Assembly (NCBI GenBank): GCA_028023455.1
Contig: JAQFVV010000009.1
Location: 12,276,001-12,340,000 of the forward strand
Direction of reading: 5' to 3'
Origin: Epiperipatus broadwayi
Taxonomy: Eukaryota; Animalia; Onychophora
DNA: 64,000 nucleotides
Positions 41,333 to 55,092 of this stretch are shown piece after piece (within the stretch, counting starts at the first letter, position 1; each line of letters starts with the position of its first letter). Position numbers and translations under genes: made by a program. The notes below the pieces were generated by a model. It had not been told where the DNA came from. It saw only the letters and a program-made list of their open reading frames with translations, and did no database searches.

Positions 41333-42244
41333 TAACAATAATAATATATAATAAGTTAAGACTAGAAATAATACATTAACAATAAATCAAGGTGCCAGTA
41401 CAAAGTACAAATATTATATAATAATATAATTATTGCAAAGATCAAAAATATTACCACATAATATACATATAATTGTAAATCCACATGCACTTGTTAAAAA
41501 CTTTCATACTTTGTGCTTTTTCATTGCTAAATAATTATAAAGATCATAGAAAACTATTCATTTCCTTTTTATTTTTACCGAAAAAATTTATTATTATGAT
41601 TATTTTTGGACGTTTTAGTCAAACCTCTTTGGTCATTTTCAGAATTAAGTACAAAACAAATTTGAAAATGAAGTTGATAAATAATAATTGTATAAGTAAA
41701 TTTAAAGATATTACTATTTCTAACATTTAATAAATCTTTGCATTAATCAATAATATTCAAAGTTTAAAAACTAAAGTGTGAATATTGTAAACAAATATAT
41801 ATATATATATATATCAATTAATTAATAAATTTTCAAAGAATGTAATTTTTCAAATAATGTACAATTTCTAAATATAATGAAAAAATAATAACTAATTATA
41901 ATTATTATTAATAAATTAAAAGTCAGAAATGTATCTATTATTTGAATTAAGTCTTTGTAGAACAAAACCTTACCAATTTTAATTTAAATGTTCAAATTCT
42001 AAATGTAATAATTTCAATTAAATCAATCAATATAATGACTCTTTTATGCATTATATCATGAAATTAAATTTAAATGTTTAAATTTATATTACTAAAAAAA
42101 AATATGATTTTTCTTTTTTATAATTTTTTAAAATTGTTTTTAATTTTTAATGTACAATGTTTCCTTTACGTGTATATATATTTTTTGTAATTACTAACAA
42201 TTCAACCATTTTCATATCAAACTTTATATATAATACTATTATGA

Positions 42245-42324
42245 CAGGCAAAACTCTCCATACAGTAGTGCCATTCAGTGCAAGCGAGTGTAATCAATGG
42301 ATGCCAGAAGGCTTGTGCATAAAA
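42245..42324 (-). repeat. Short 3'-terminal fragment of family A
   Basis: caggcaaaactctccatacagtagtgcca...taatcaatggatgccagaaggcttgtgcataaaat matches 26768-26848 and shares the same terminus. Lacks the hammerhead part. Confidence 0.85.
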
Positions 42325-42863
42325 TTAATAACTGTTATGAGCAAGCATAAGAAATGGTTATCATGTAATGTTTAGTGGTTTAATACTATTATGTAGAATA
42401 AAGTTAGAAAAATATTTAGTAGAACTTTCAGTACAGTTTGATTGCTATAAATCATAATCATAGCTTTTATATATATATGCACCTCCATTCATCATCCAAA
42501 CCAATCATATCACTTTATTTAAAATGGAAAAAATAATAATAATACTTTTAACTGAACTGCAATTACTAGCAAATTGCTGGCAAAATATAGACATTGCTAT
42601 ATTTAACTTCAGATTCAGAAAGTATCATTGTGGTACATTATTCTACTATTCACTGAAATGAATTTTTAGTTATTACATTAATTTTTTTTTAATTTTGGTT
42701 AGTCAAAATTGATAGAAGAATCTAAAGTAAATATAATTACATTCAGTTGTTCAAAAGGAAACTTTATGCAAATTGATAATGAAATAGAGCAGGGATGCCA
42801 TATCAAAATTTAGAATTAGAAAGAAGCATTGCATCATTTTTAGTTATTTTAATTTTTGACATA

Positions 42864-43624
42864 CCATGTTTCCTTGAAAATAAGACCTAATCAGAAAATA
42901 AGCCCTGGCATGATTTTTCAGTATGCTGATATTATAAGCCCTACCTCCCAATAAAAGCCTAGTTAAGAAGATCAGCTCATTGAAACACGCGATGGATATA
43001 TTGAATTATAAATTAATGGATATATAAATAGATATAAATGTAGATCTTTGTCCTTGAATAAATGTTACAATTATTTTGCAGGCAGATTTATAACTTATTA
43101 TTTTAATAAACTTGCAAATATAATATTACTTTTCATTTATCAATGCTCATTCATTCAATTTGATAAAAGGTGTCTTCTTTCATCTGCCCTCCAACCATAC
43201 ATATTGTAAATAAATCAACATTGATAACCGAAAATGTTGAAACTTATTATTAACAATGATCTTGGTTTACAAATTAATCAAGCCAGTTTAATATTTCATA
43301 TATTATTTTAAATTAAATATTACTAATTTAACAGAACATAAATAATTTTTAATATTCTCATATTGAATGAGAATGTTCTGTGATAAGATTATAATCCTAA
43401 TTGTTACATATTCAAGCAGTAATAAAAGTTATTTGCATGCTGTTGAAATTACTAATATTGAATAAATGTGGGTTTTTGTGGTTGAATAAATATAGATTTT
43501 TGTACTTGAATAATTGTATATTTTTGTACATGAAAAAATTAGACATCCCCTGAAAATAAGCCCTAAGCCATCTTTTGAAGCAAAAATTAATATAAAGCCC
43601 GGTTTTATTTTCGGGGAAATATGA
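42864..43624. mobile_element. Tc1/mariner-superfamily (pogo/Tc2-like) MITE
   Basis: Imperfect ~24-bp TIRs CCATGTTTCCTTGAAAATAAGACC / GGTTTTATTTTCGGGGAAATATGA flanked by TA on both sides. Repeated subterminal AAAATAAGCCC motifs. Confidence 0.8.
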
Positions 43625-46259
43625 TAGTGTTAAAATAATTGTTGGAAGAACTTAATTCCTTATAGAAGGGAGTAAAATAGTAATTTTGTCATTGCATATT
43701 CCATGTTAATTTAGTCTACTAATTTGGCATTTATTTATTGGTTTTTAATCTTGTTATTGGCAATTAATAATGGCATTACAAGGTAATGATTATTTAATTT
43801 ATTTTAAATATGATCATGATTTCATATTTTACAAAATTTTTCAATAACTACTAAGGGCAAGATATTCCTGAGAAAATAAAAAAAATTTCTCATCAATCAA
43901 TTTTATTAAGACTGCTTAGTTAGCTTATCAATAGTATTTGTGTCTCAGTGAAGTATTAGTAATGATATCAATATAGCTAACTATGAATTTATTTGTGTTA
44001 TTTGGAAGACATGTATCAATTTTGATAATGGATCACAGAATTAGACATTTATATTATGCTTTTGTAAAGTGAATTTTATAATGTAGCAGTCTTTTTGTTG
44101 TTGTTGTTGTTTGCTATTGGAAAAAAAACTTACTTTTAGTGATTTTTCATTTCCAAAAGTATTATTTTAAAAAATTCAAAAATTTTAAAGATTTTTAATT
44201 GCTTGAATAGGATTTCAAATGAAGAGTTGATTTTCAGCAGTAAAACTATTTTTTTTTTGCTCCATATTTGCAGTAATTTGGGCCTTCATCAATTTAGGTT
44301 GCTACATGTGATGTCACTTTCCAAATAGACATTATTAAGTATGGAATTTATACCTTATATTTGAATCCAAATCAGAAGCCTTGAAGAACAAAAGCTAATT
44401 ATCAGCAACAGCCAAAACTATAAACTTAGGCATTTTATGTCACAACTCTTTAGATATGTATTTATAGATATAGTTATTATACTATTCTAAGAAAAATCAA
44501 GATATTAAACCCCATAGGATATAATCATCCCATAATAATACCTATTAATTGATTGCTTTTAAGTATTATTTACTATAGGATTTTACATTTAATAATATAA
44601 ATTTTATTGTCAACAGCTTTTGATTCAGCATCATTTAATGTTGTCTAATGGCCAAAATTTTGATGACCATAAATTTTAACTTAGTTATTGAAAGTTATTT
44701 TATAAAGTAATTTTTATACATGATTATATATATATGAAATATTTTAAATATATATATATATATGTGTGTGTACTTGCATGTTTAATTTAAAAATATAAAT
44801 GAAAAGCAACAAAACAAAAAACCATTTATTTTAATCATTCTTCTGGATTTCTTCAGAATCAGAAGAAAAAAAGTTTTCTCTGCCTATTTTATTTTGTTTC
44901 TTCTAAGAATTCTATACACTAATTTATCCTTTTTAACTACAAGCAATAATTGTTAGATAAATATAAGTTTTGATCCTAAATCATAAAATATATTTTTAGG
45001 TGAAGGGGAGAAGTTGATTTTATTCACATAAAGTGGTAAAGATTTAAGACCTATTATTAAATCTGATAGGACTGTCACTCATAAAATAGCAACTCTAAGG
45101 AATTTTTGTTATTGAAATAAGAAATTAAATGATTCTAAAAATGAAGCTTTATTTCAAAAATTATTTTATAAAGATTACATTAATAAAGTCTTTTCTAATC
45201 AATTGTTTTAATATTTTATTTAATAAAAATTATGATAGTAGTAAGAATCATTTTAAAATGTTAATATTTAAAAAAAAAAAAAATTTTAATGCATTGCCTT
45301 TTAAGTTGCCTTTTTATAAGATTTTAAGAATTATTTTTAGTAATAAAATAGCCTGGATAAAATATAATACTTAAAATATTTTATCAAATAATTCAAAAGA
45401 GAGAATTAATAAGAATACCGTTTCTAATTGTTTTTGTAATAAATTATATATAAGCCAAAATAGTTTGAGTTTAAAGTAAATAATGAAAAATTCATAAAGT
45501 AAATAATACATATCTTAATTCTACATTATGTATTCATGAAAAAATATGTGCCTTAAAATCATATTTAAGCAAGCTAAGATTATCTTTTTTGAGAAGAACG
45601 AAAAGAAAAATTGAGAAGCTTTTTAACTTAAGCTTTATGATTTTGAAACTATTAATTTGTTTAAAAGTTCTTTTAATATTAATAATTGGAATGTGAATTG
45701 AAAAGTAGGATTATGTATATTTGTTTTATGTTGTGTTATGGTGTACTTGATATGTCTGTCTTAGTAGGCATAATGAATTTTTTAGTTTAATTTTAATTTA
45801 ATTGTGAATTATTTTGCTTGGTTTATTATATTAACTACTTGAATTTTTGGCATTTGATATTTTATATGTGAGATAATTATTATAGTAGATTAGCAATTGA
45901 ATGGTTAAACTCTCTTTAAAAAAAGATTATTAATCTATTTGGGACTTTTTGTTTTATGGTTTTGGAAATAACTTTTAATTTTTAACTTTTGAATAACATT
46001 ATATAGCTGCAATTTCTGATGAAAACTCATCCACTTGTTGAAATATTAAAATAGCTATGTAAACCAGTAATTATATTTTGTTTTTTATTTATATATTTTC
46101 TTCAATTAGTTTCTATTTTTTATTATTTCCATACATATAGTAATAATCATTAATATATTTAACTGAAGTAGTTGGTATGAAAGTTGTGATTGCAAAAAGT
46201 TTTGACACTTGTAAATCAAATATATATTGTATCCCCTCACACCTATCACCAACACTAAC

Positions 46260-48660
46260 AATTACCTGGGGGCGCCAATTCTATGGATCATAGAATAAAA
46301 TATTTATTTAACTTTACCTAAATCTATTCATGAGGCTCTTAATTAAAGCTTTCACCTAAAACTAACTCAGTTGAGGGATACAGAGGTGTATGAGGTGTAC
46401 AATGTACATTAGATGTGGGAGAAAATATTATTACTAATAGGAATAAACATCTATCAAGTTCTATGCTAAACAAAAATTAAATTGGTAAAATTCTACCAGC
46501 TAAAATTAACTAATTATACTTTATTTCACCTTCTCCCATCATCCATATGCACTGAACAACCTCTACTATATTATACAATTAAACTAATAACTAAAATAAA
46601 ATAAAAAATAATATTTCAGAAATTGTAATGTATAATTCACTAGATCTAAACTCAAATTAAACTTATCATTCCTAAATTTTAACTACTCACTAATCTAATC
46701 TGGATAAATAAATTTATTATCTAATATAAATTATATATTGAAGATCTCAGGGAAGTAACTTATGGTATGGCTTGATCTAACATTTCTATACCTCAAATTA
46801 TTATTTAACACTATAAAAATAATATTATAAACCAAACAATACCCTAATTAGATACTTGCAGTTAGATAATGAAAGAAATCGGGCACATTTTGATTTCAAT
46901 TCATCATCTAAACAAAAATTAAATAACAAACCCTTTTAAAAATGATCAGTAGGTAATTGGCATCTCATATAGTGTTTGAATCAAGGAAATCAACATCATC
47001 ATATCTTGAGATTTATTATAATTAAATAAAATACAATTATGTTACATTAAATAAAATAAATGTATAAGCATGTGTGGAAGTGTGAAACACGAATGAATGT
47101 TATAGAAGAAACTCCAAATACAAATTTAGATAACAAAATATTTATTAATCAAATAGAAAATAGTTAAATCAACATCTACTTTTCTTTTATTGTTATGAAC
47201 AAAAATTCCAAAGGGATTTCATATCATTGAGTACAGATTATACAAGAAGATATAATACAACATGATTCATTAACTTTTACATCTACTATATATTTTCATC
47301 AGAGCATTTTGATAGATTGGTAAACATTTTATTTGAAACATTAAATGAACTAAATAAATCCCTATTATTTACTGTAAAGAAATGGCTCTTTAGCTATCAG
47401 TGATTTCTGATAGACTTCTACAAAAATAAAACAAAATAAATATGACCTTACACTTTTAGCAACTGTTTACTAAAATATCTTTTATTCAGCATTTTGCTGA
47501 ATATCACTCATTTACTAACTAAAAATTTATAACGACAACATAGATTAACATTCTAATTACTGGACAAATTAAGATTTTGTATTGTTACTCTAACATATCT
47601 TAAATAAAATTACAATAAGGGGATTTAAACTAAGAATAATATTGGGCTATCTTACCAAAGAAAATGAATACTTCTATTAATTAAATGTATTCTCCTTTGT
47701 AATTTTAAGGTACAGTATACTATTGAATAATTAGGTTCTGCTTTGCCAAAATAAAGTAAATCTTTGTATTCATTAACTAATGTCCTATCTTTGCTTAATT
47801 ATTTATGCAAATTATGATTAAATGATAAAAATCAATGAGATGAAGCTTAAATGATTACTACAAAATATTTTAACATGATAAGTAAAGTTCTACATTAATA
47901 ATGAATTTTTTTATATCAAAATTAACAATCTGTGCATGAATCTGTATTATGCTGTGTGTCAAAGAAAATAAATAAATAATGTTAATCAATCTAATCGGTT
48001 TGCTTATGATATTTCAATATAATCATAATACGGTTGGAAGCGAAGATCAATCAATCTTTATTTATCAACTATAATACAGATGTTTTATAAGACACTATAC
48101 TTTCCTTTTATTCTTCCTTTTTATCATAAACCATCAAACACTAGGCTATAGCATAAGTTGGAAAACATCCAATACACACATGGGATAACAGATTTATATA
48201 ATTCAAAACAGGTAATACCACAATAACTTCCAAGTCTATCTTTAAGACTAAATAATTGGTGGAATAACTCATCACCAAATGAAAATTAGTAATATAACAT
48301 CTCTAACTTCATACACATTTAATTCAGTATATCAAATATAAAAGGAGGACTCAGTCCACTCCTATCAAAATACTCCAATACATGGAAAATAAAGGATTAC
48401 TCAATCCTATACACTACAATACACTGCACTGGGCAAACTACCCATATTAAATATTCAACTAACAAATACACTGATTCAATCCCATAAAATATTATAAACA
48501 TTGTAAACTTTATAGCATATAGCCACAAAATACTTTTCATTCAGTCATAACAAAGAAATAATAATTCTCTCTTAAACAACTTTCTAATTCTTCAAATGAT
48601 TGATCCTCTTTTCCTTCCGAATCCGATTGATTTAAAATCATTTTCACTGGCAATTACATA
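46260..48660 (-). mobile_element. Highly decayed LINE ORF2 relic
   Basis: Strong strand asymmetry (purine-rich minus strand) over 2.4 kb and faint motif remnants (KYLIRVLF resembling KYLGV at ~46835-46860). No long ORF. Confidence 0.4.
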
Positions 48661-51600
48661 TAATTATAAATAAGTTTAATAATAGACACACACACGTATA
48701 AGCATGTGATATACAGACCATTTAAAATCGCAGTAAGCAAGGAATTACTGTTAAAATATTAATTATTACTGCTAGAATTAATAAAGAATAAAATATCTCA
48801 TATCTGACAATATTTAGGACCTGGTAATGTTCAAAGAACAATTGGAGAATAAAATACTAATTACTATGGACAAAGCAAGATGAATAATTTTTTTTATAAT
48901 ATGATACATTAATATTGGCAAGAATCTGTAGTTAAATTGAACCTAAATAAATAATAAAATTGTATGTTATAGCTGAAATAATTCTTGAAAATAATTATTT
49001 TCTAATTTATAAAAAAAATATATTCGGTAAGATTTGATATAATGAACTCTTTTTTTAAAAAAAAAAAAAAAATAATTATTCACCCTTTTGAATGGACTCT
49101 TCCATTCGTTTATTATGTGCGTGGATCATTAACACATGCACGACCAAACTTATCTTATTAAAATAATAACAATAATAAAAATAAAATTACCAGCATAATG
49201 TATTTTTATATTATGCTAATTTGAGACGTTCTTGGAGAAAAATATAATAATAATAATAATACATATAATAAACATATTTAAAATAATAAAACATTCCTTA
49301 ACTAATACTATCTATCTAAAATACCATTACATAAAATAAAGTTCTCTTCTTTTTTCTTTCCAAATGAAATGAAACGAAAGTTTATAAAAGTTTTTACATG
49401 ACTTTCCTTGTCATGTTTTCAAATAGATAAGGAAAATAATTATACTGTACAAGACAAATATTAACACAGAATGGTACAATTCCTGCATGAGAAAACGACA
49501 CAATATTATTTTTCTTTGTTGAATCCATATGAGCATATTCAATGTTTTTTTTAGTTATCAACTAATGAATTGCTATTGATGTTGTAAATAATGAATTTCC
49601 TTAATTAAACAATATATTTCATGATGCAAGTAAAATAGAAGTTTGTATTTTATTCCTAGGATATACTTAACATTTAATTTCACAATCATAAAGCCATTCA
49701 GAAATATATGTAGTTATTCAATTAATAATATTTATTTAGATAAACTCATTGGTAATATTAATACAGCAATGTCACATAACTTTATCCATTTATAATTTCA
49801 TTCTTCCCACTAGTCTAGAAGAACAAATAATTATTAAAGTACATTTAATGACATATTTAATCTTATATCTTTCTTTTCCAAAGGTAAAAATATAAATAAT
49901 TATGCCGCTATTCTAAGACATATGACAATAAAATTACATATTCCTTGTGTATATTTTAAATTTTGAGTTTTCTTTTATATTTAACATGAAATTTGTACAT
50001 TAAAGTTCTGAGAACGTTCAATGACAGTTCACATCTTTCCTCCACATAAATGAAGCAAGTAGCAGTTGTTCCCTTCATAGTATAATTAAAGCTTAAAAAC
50101 TTAATTGTTATAAAATAAACAAATATTCTTTTATCCTTCCCTGTTAATTTTAAATTTAAATAAAACAATTTAACAGTCCTATTAAGCATTCCCATTTCTT
50201 AAATAATAATTTATCTTGAATAATAGAATATAACACTTATGTATACTTTAGCATAATGTTGGGACAATTTAAACGATTAGCTGGAGCAAAATTGACATAT
50301 CTCTTAGTGTTTTTTAAGTGCACATTTCGCAAACAAAATAATATAATTAAATTTTTAACTTGAACTCTGGAAGAGGAAAAATAATTTCACTATTAAACTT
50401 TGCTAAATAACTTAGTTATAGCTGTCTTTGGTTAGCTATAACTGCCCTCATAAAAGTTCTAATAATTGACTCTGACTGACTGAAGTAATAATTGACTGAC
50501 CTCTTCAAAAGTAATAGTAGACTGCCCTTTTTAAAAGTAATAAGTATTCCTTTTATAAACTTTTTAATAATCATTACATCATATTGTTCTCTTCCAATTG
50601 TTTACGATAATGTCACATTACATCACCAGAAAAAAAAATCGCCAATCGCTCCTCCCACTGGCAAACTTACTTAATTATGCAAAAACTTTAGACAGTAAAA
50701 AAAAAAATAGAGATGAAAAAAAAATTATTTCGTCTTTTAAATAAATGAAAAAAAAATATTGAACTAATAATTAAATGTGTTTTAAAGCAGTAGAATAAAA
50801 TTAATGACAATTGTTTTAATAAATAAAATATTTTACAGTATTTGTCATTATATAATTCACCTGTCCATAATTTATTGATTTATTTAAAATGTAATTAAGT
50901 TAGTTTTTAATACTATTATTGATATAATTAAATATTTGAATGTAATGTGGGATATTTAATGGTTTAATGAAACATGTGAATGAAAAATGAAGTTGGATAA
51001 TGCATGAATATTCAGTAGTAATATACCATAGGTATTACACTATACTGACTGAAATGACAATGTGAATGATGATGAGTGAAACATATTTTACTGTTTATGC
51101 TATAAATTTAAAATGTACAAAACAAATGGACTAGAAAATCATTTTAACAAAACTGAGTACTGCTTTATGAGCAAATAAAACAAGTAAGCAACAACCTAAA
51201 CTGTACTGACTCTACATATAACAAGCCACCCCCCTATTCTATTACTGATTATACCCCAAAACAAGATACTAAACATTTGAGAAATCTTTTAATTATACCT
51301 ACACTTACTTTTGATTACAGTTTTAAGTCAAAATAAAAAATTTTTAAAAATTTCACGTGATTTCATTTTTTTTTTAAAGAGGACTATATCAGATAATATC
51401 TGATATACTACTACACTACTACAATGACTATTTCTGGTGCCAAACCAGAAGGTCACAATATATATAAGTTTTAGAATTGAATTGTATCAACCTACTATTT
51501 TATCTTACTATAAATTGCATGCTTGTGATATATATTTATGTATTCATCAATTTGATAAGAAATATCTCAGATATTTATATTATATTATTATGATACTGCT

Positions 51601-52066
51601 TTAGAACAGTTATCATCAAATGATTCAATAATGGTAAGGAAAAGGTGTTGTCCAAAAAATTAAGTTTTAACTTAGATATAAAAAAATTTAGAAGACTTTT
51701 ATAGCTTCACTTCAAAACTTTTTTTTTCTTGTAGAGCCCCCCCCCCCCTATCTGAAGTAATAGATCAACTTAATAGTAATTTAAAAAATAAGAAACAGTA
51801 TGTTTGTTAATCACAGTTTGCTTGAATTTTTGGTTGTCTATGTGTGAGTTTAGATGTTTTGTCCCAAGATTTTATGTCTTCTATTTAAATTTTTGTTATT
51901 ACATATTGTAGTTCATATTATTACTATTCACATTTTGCAAAAATGTTAAGTGAATTTAATATTTTTCTAATATCTGTATATTAAATGTTGAGTAAAGCTA
52001 ATTGTAATATTTGATTAATGTTAAGCTGATTTCAATAAGAAATTAACTTGATATTTTTTTATGCAG

Positions 52067-52125
52067 GTAATTGGTTTATTAGATGTTTTTACGCCCTCAC
52101 AAACATTGGAAGACTTCCAAGATGT
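52067..52125 (+). CDS. MAPK14: p38 MAPK coding exon (equivalent to exon 3)
   Basis: tttttttatgcag acceptor and GTAAGT donor. 59 nt, VIGLLDVFTPSQTLEDFQD(V), in frame with the previous exon, same size as human exon 3. Confidence 0.97.
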
Positions 52126-54885
52126 GTAAGTATTTTCATTACTATATTTATTTATACATAAATATATTTTTCAACTTTTTTTTTCTTTTTTTTTAATATG
52201 GGATGGCAAAAAAATTTTGTCAGATTTAAAAATATTATAGTTTTTTTTTTTTTTTTGATATCATATAATTTTCTTTTTGTTTTTTCAAGAACAGAATATA
52301 GAAAATAATATATAGTTACAACAGAAGAGATGCAATTGCCCATTTGGTTAGGAAAATTTTTTTTTTTTTTAAGCACTAAATTGCATAAAAGTCTCTGATA
52401 CATTTTTTTTTTTTTTAGAAGTAATAAGATAAAAAATTGAAATACAAAATTAAATTTTTATTCATGTGTCTTTTTTTTTTACTAATTGCAGGAAATATGC
52501 TTTGTTTTCTTGATGGCATAAATATGCTCTTTATAACAACAATTTTTTTAATTAATATATATTAATAAAGTTATTACAGTTTTTAGGAGTTGAAGTTTTC
52601 ATAGATATTATCTAATAATCACCATAAGAATGCTATGGATGCTGTTTGAGATTATTCCTGTTTAACTGACAATCATAAAGTGATTTTCTGGGATTATCTA
52701 TTATAATGACGAAGATTAGAGTCACCATGTCATCATCACTTGACAATATTTGAAGAACCGCTACTTGATATACATTAATTCTGTTCTGATTCTTAAACTT
52801 CACAATAAATCTGCTAATATAAGTTTTTATTAAAGCTTATTGTTTAGTACTATTTGATAAATTATACAGTGGAATCTTTGATTTTTACAAGTAGAATGTT
52901 TGGATTATTTTTTTTGCTCAGATGTATCATAATCTGATAAAAAATAAAAGCATATATTAGCCTTATTATAATTGATTTATAATACATAATTTATATATAA
53001 ACATTGCTTTTAAAAAAAATCTATTAATCATGTGCATGAATAGTGATTGGATATTGAAAAGTCAAACAGATTTTCAAAATAATTTTTCTTTATGCTTTAA
53101 TCTTTCTCTGAAAGCAGTTTTGCCATCATCAATCACTTTTTAGCTCTAATATGCTATTAAGCCAATAGTTTGAAATTTTCAATAATCTAAGGTTTTGAAC
53201 TTCAACATGCTATTAAGATTCAATGTAAGCTTGAAGAATTAATGCATCTTTTGCCAAAAACATCATTAAAATATATGTTTATTAAACAAGTTCAAATCCT
53301 CCACAGGATTCAAAATCTCAGCTTGTCTGGAATGATTAAGTCATTAGCTTGCTAATGCAATAAAAATAAAAGTTGACATCTGAATGATTATAGTGCAAAA
53401 CTGCTCTCCACTGAAAAGAGCCAATAGCTAGAAACTAGCAGATGAGTTATTTATAATTTGCTAGATAGCTCTCTGCTATCAAATATTTTAAATTTAAGCT
53501 AGAAGAAGCTGTCTCATTTTGGTATAAATCATTCCAATGTTTAGCTAAAATTAAATTGTGATTATTTTTAATAAGTTACAATAAAAAATTTTATTTGATG
53601 AAGATAATTTAAAATTGTAAATATGTGTTGTTATTATATTACAGTTTTGTTTAGATTTAAAAATCTATTTTGAATAATCAAATAAATTGGGTAGAGGTGT
53701 TTAGCTGATAATGAAATTGCTTAAATTTTTTGCTACAGTATTGAATAAAGAGAAATAAGAGAATGTCACTTCAGAAGTATTTATCACTTTCATAAATACA
53801 ATTAGGAAATTGGAATATTATTCAATGTATGATCTTTTAGCGTACATTTTGTAAATGGATTTTGTATACAATTTTTTTGAAGTTTTGAATATTTATTATT
53901 TGATAACAATCCTTTACCAAGAGATTCTTTGGAGTTATAAATCTTAATTTTCAGATAATAGCTGGTGAGATATATATCTCTTTTGCAATTTACGCATATC
54001 TTTTTAATTCTTTTGATTGAGGGAAACTTCTTTTATTTTAAATTTTTGATTTCATTGAATATATTCAAGATATTTTTATTAATAGAAAGTCATTTGGAAA
54101 AAAAAAATGTATTTTCAATTGAGTGATTTCTTTGAACCTAAAAGAAAATAAATCCATGGGAAAGCATTCAGGAACTGCTTTAGTTTAAGAAGATAATGTT
54201 TGACATCAATAAAACAAAAATATGTTTTTTCTTTTTTCACATTTAATGTTTACAGTCTTTTATCATATATTTTTAGTTATTCGAATTTTGTTAGGCAAAG
54301 GTATTTGTATGACAATAAAAATAAAAAAAGCACATTCTATAATCTTAACAGGTCTGCCTTTTGACAACTCATGTGTTATATCTTAGATAAATAGTTTTTT
54401 TATAAATTCATTTATAATGAAGATAATTATACCTTTGCAGAATAGTTTTAAATATCATAACCTCAATTATAAACCATGTATTAGTAACCTTTGTAATGAT
54501 CCAAATTAATAAAATAATTTCATGGAATTATATCACTTTATATTAAAAAATTCTTTTCTAAAACCAGAAATTGATTGTTTCATAAACCATTTTATATTAA
54601 TATAACTGTCTAAGGTTAATCTCTTTTTTTTTTTTTTTTTTTTCTGGATGATTTGTACAGTGGCTTGTAAAATCTTTCTTGATGACTTGAATCTTGCTCT
54701 GTATTTATGTTTAACTTCAATTACATTAGAAAGTTAACATAAAAAATTAAAAATTTGTCAGCAGTATGTTAAAGTATTATTCTAGTGATATTCTGACCAA
54801 ATTATGACTATTTTGTAATTCTACAACTATTCTTTTTGTCAGTTAACATAAATAAAACCTTCAAGCATATTGAACCAGTTATAAC

Positions 54886-55092
54886 ATTTCTATTCTAATG
54901 CCATTTGTAATAAACTTGAATAATCAGTGATTCCCAGGATTTAGTGGCTTTAAATCTCATCCCCAGTCAATAAGATAAAAGATCCAAACATTATTGATAA
55001 AGTAAAAAGCCAAAAACTGATCAGGGGGTGAGGATTTAAATGCACTACATCTGCTTAATCAGACTTGCTATAGATGGCATTAGAATAGAGAT
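54886..55092. repeat. ~205-bp diverged fold-back, related to the repeats at ~7110-7180 and ~7455-7520
   Basis: ATTTCTATTCTAATGCCAT pairs with ATGGCATTAGAATAGAGAT, and TTTAAATCTCATCCCC pairs with GGGGTGAGGATTTAAA. The shared block gggatttaaa...gattattcaagct...tatagatgg also occurs at 7.1 and 7.5 kb. Confidence 0.7.

Noticed and set aside
50413-50443. AGTTATAGCT/AGCTATAACT hairpin as a miRNA or terminator
   Set aside because: A 10-bp AT-rich stem is too short for a pre-miRNA and is expected by chance at this composition.
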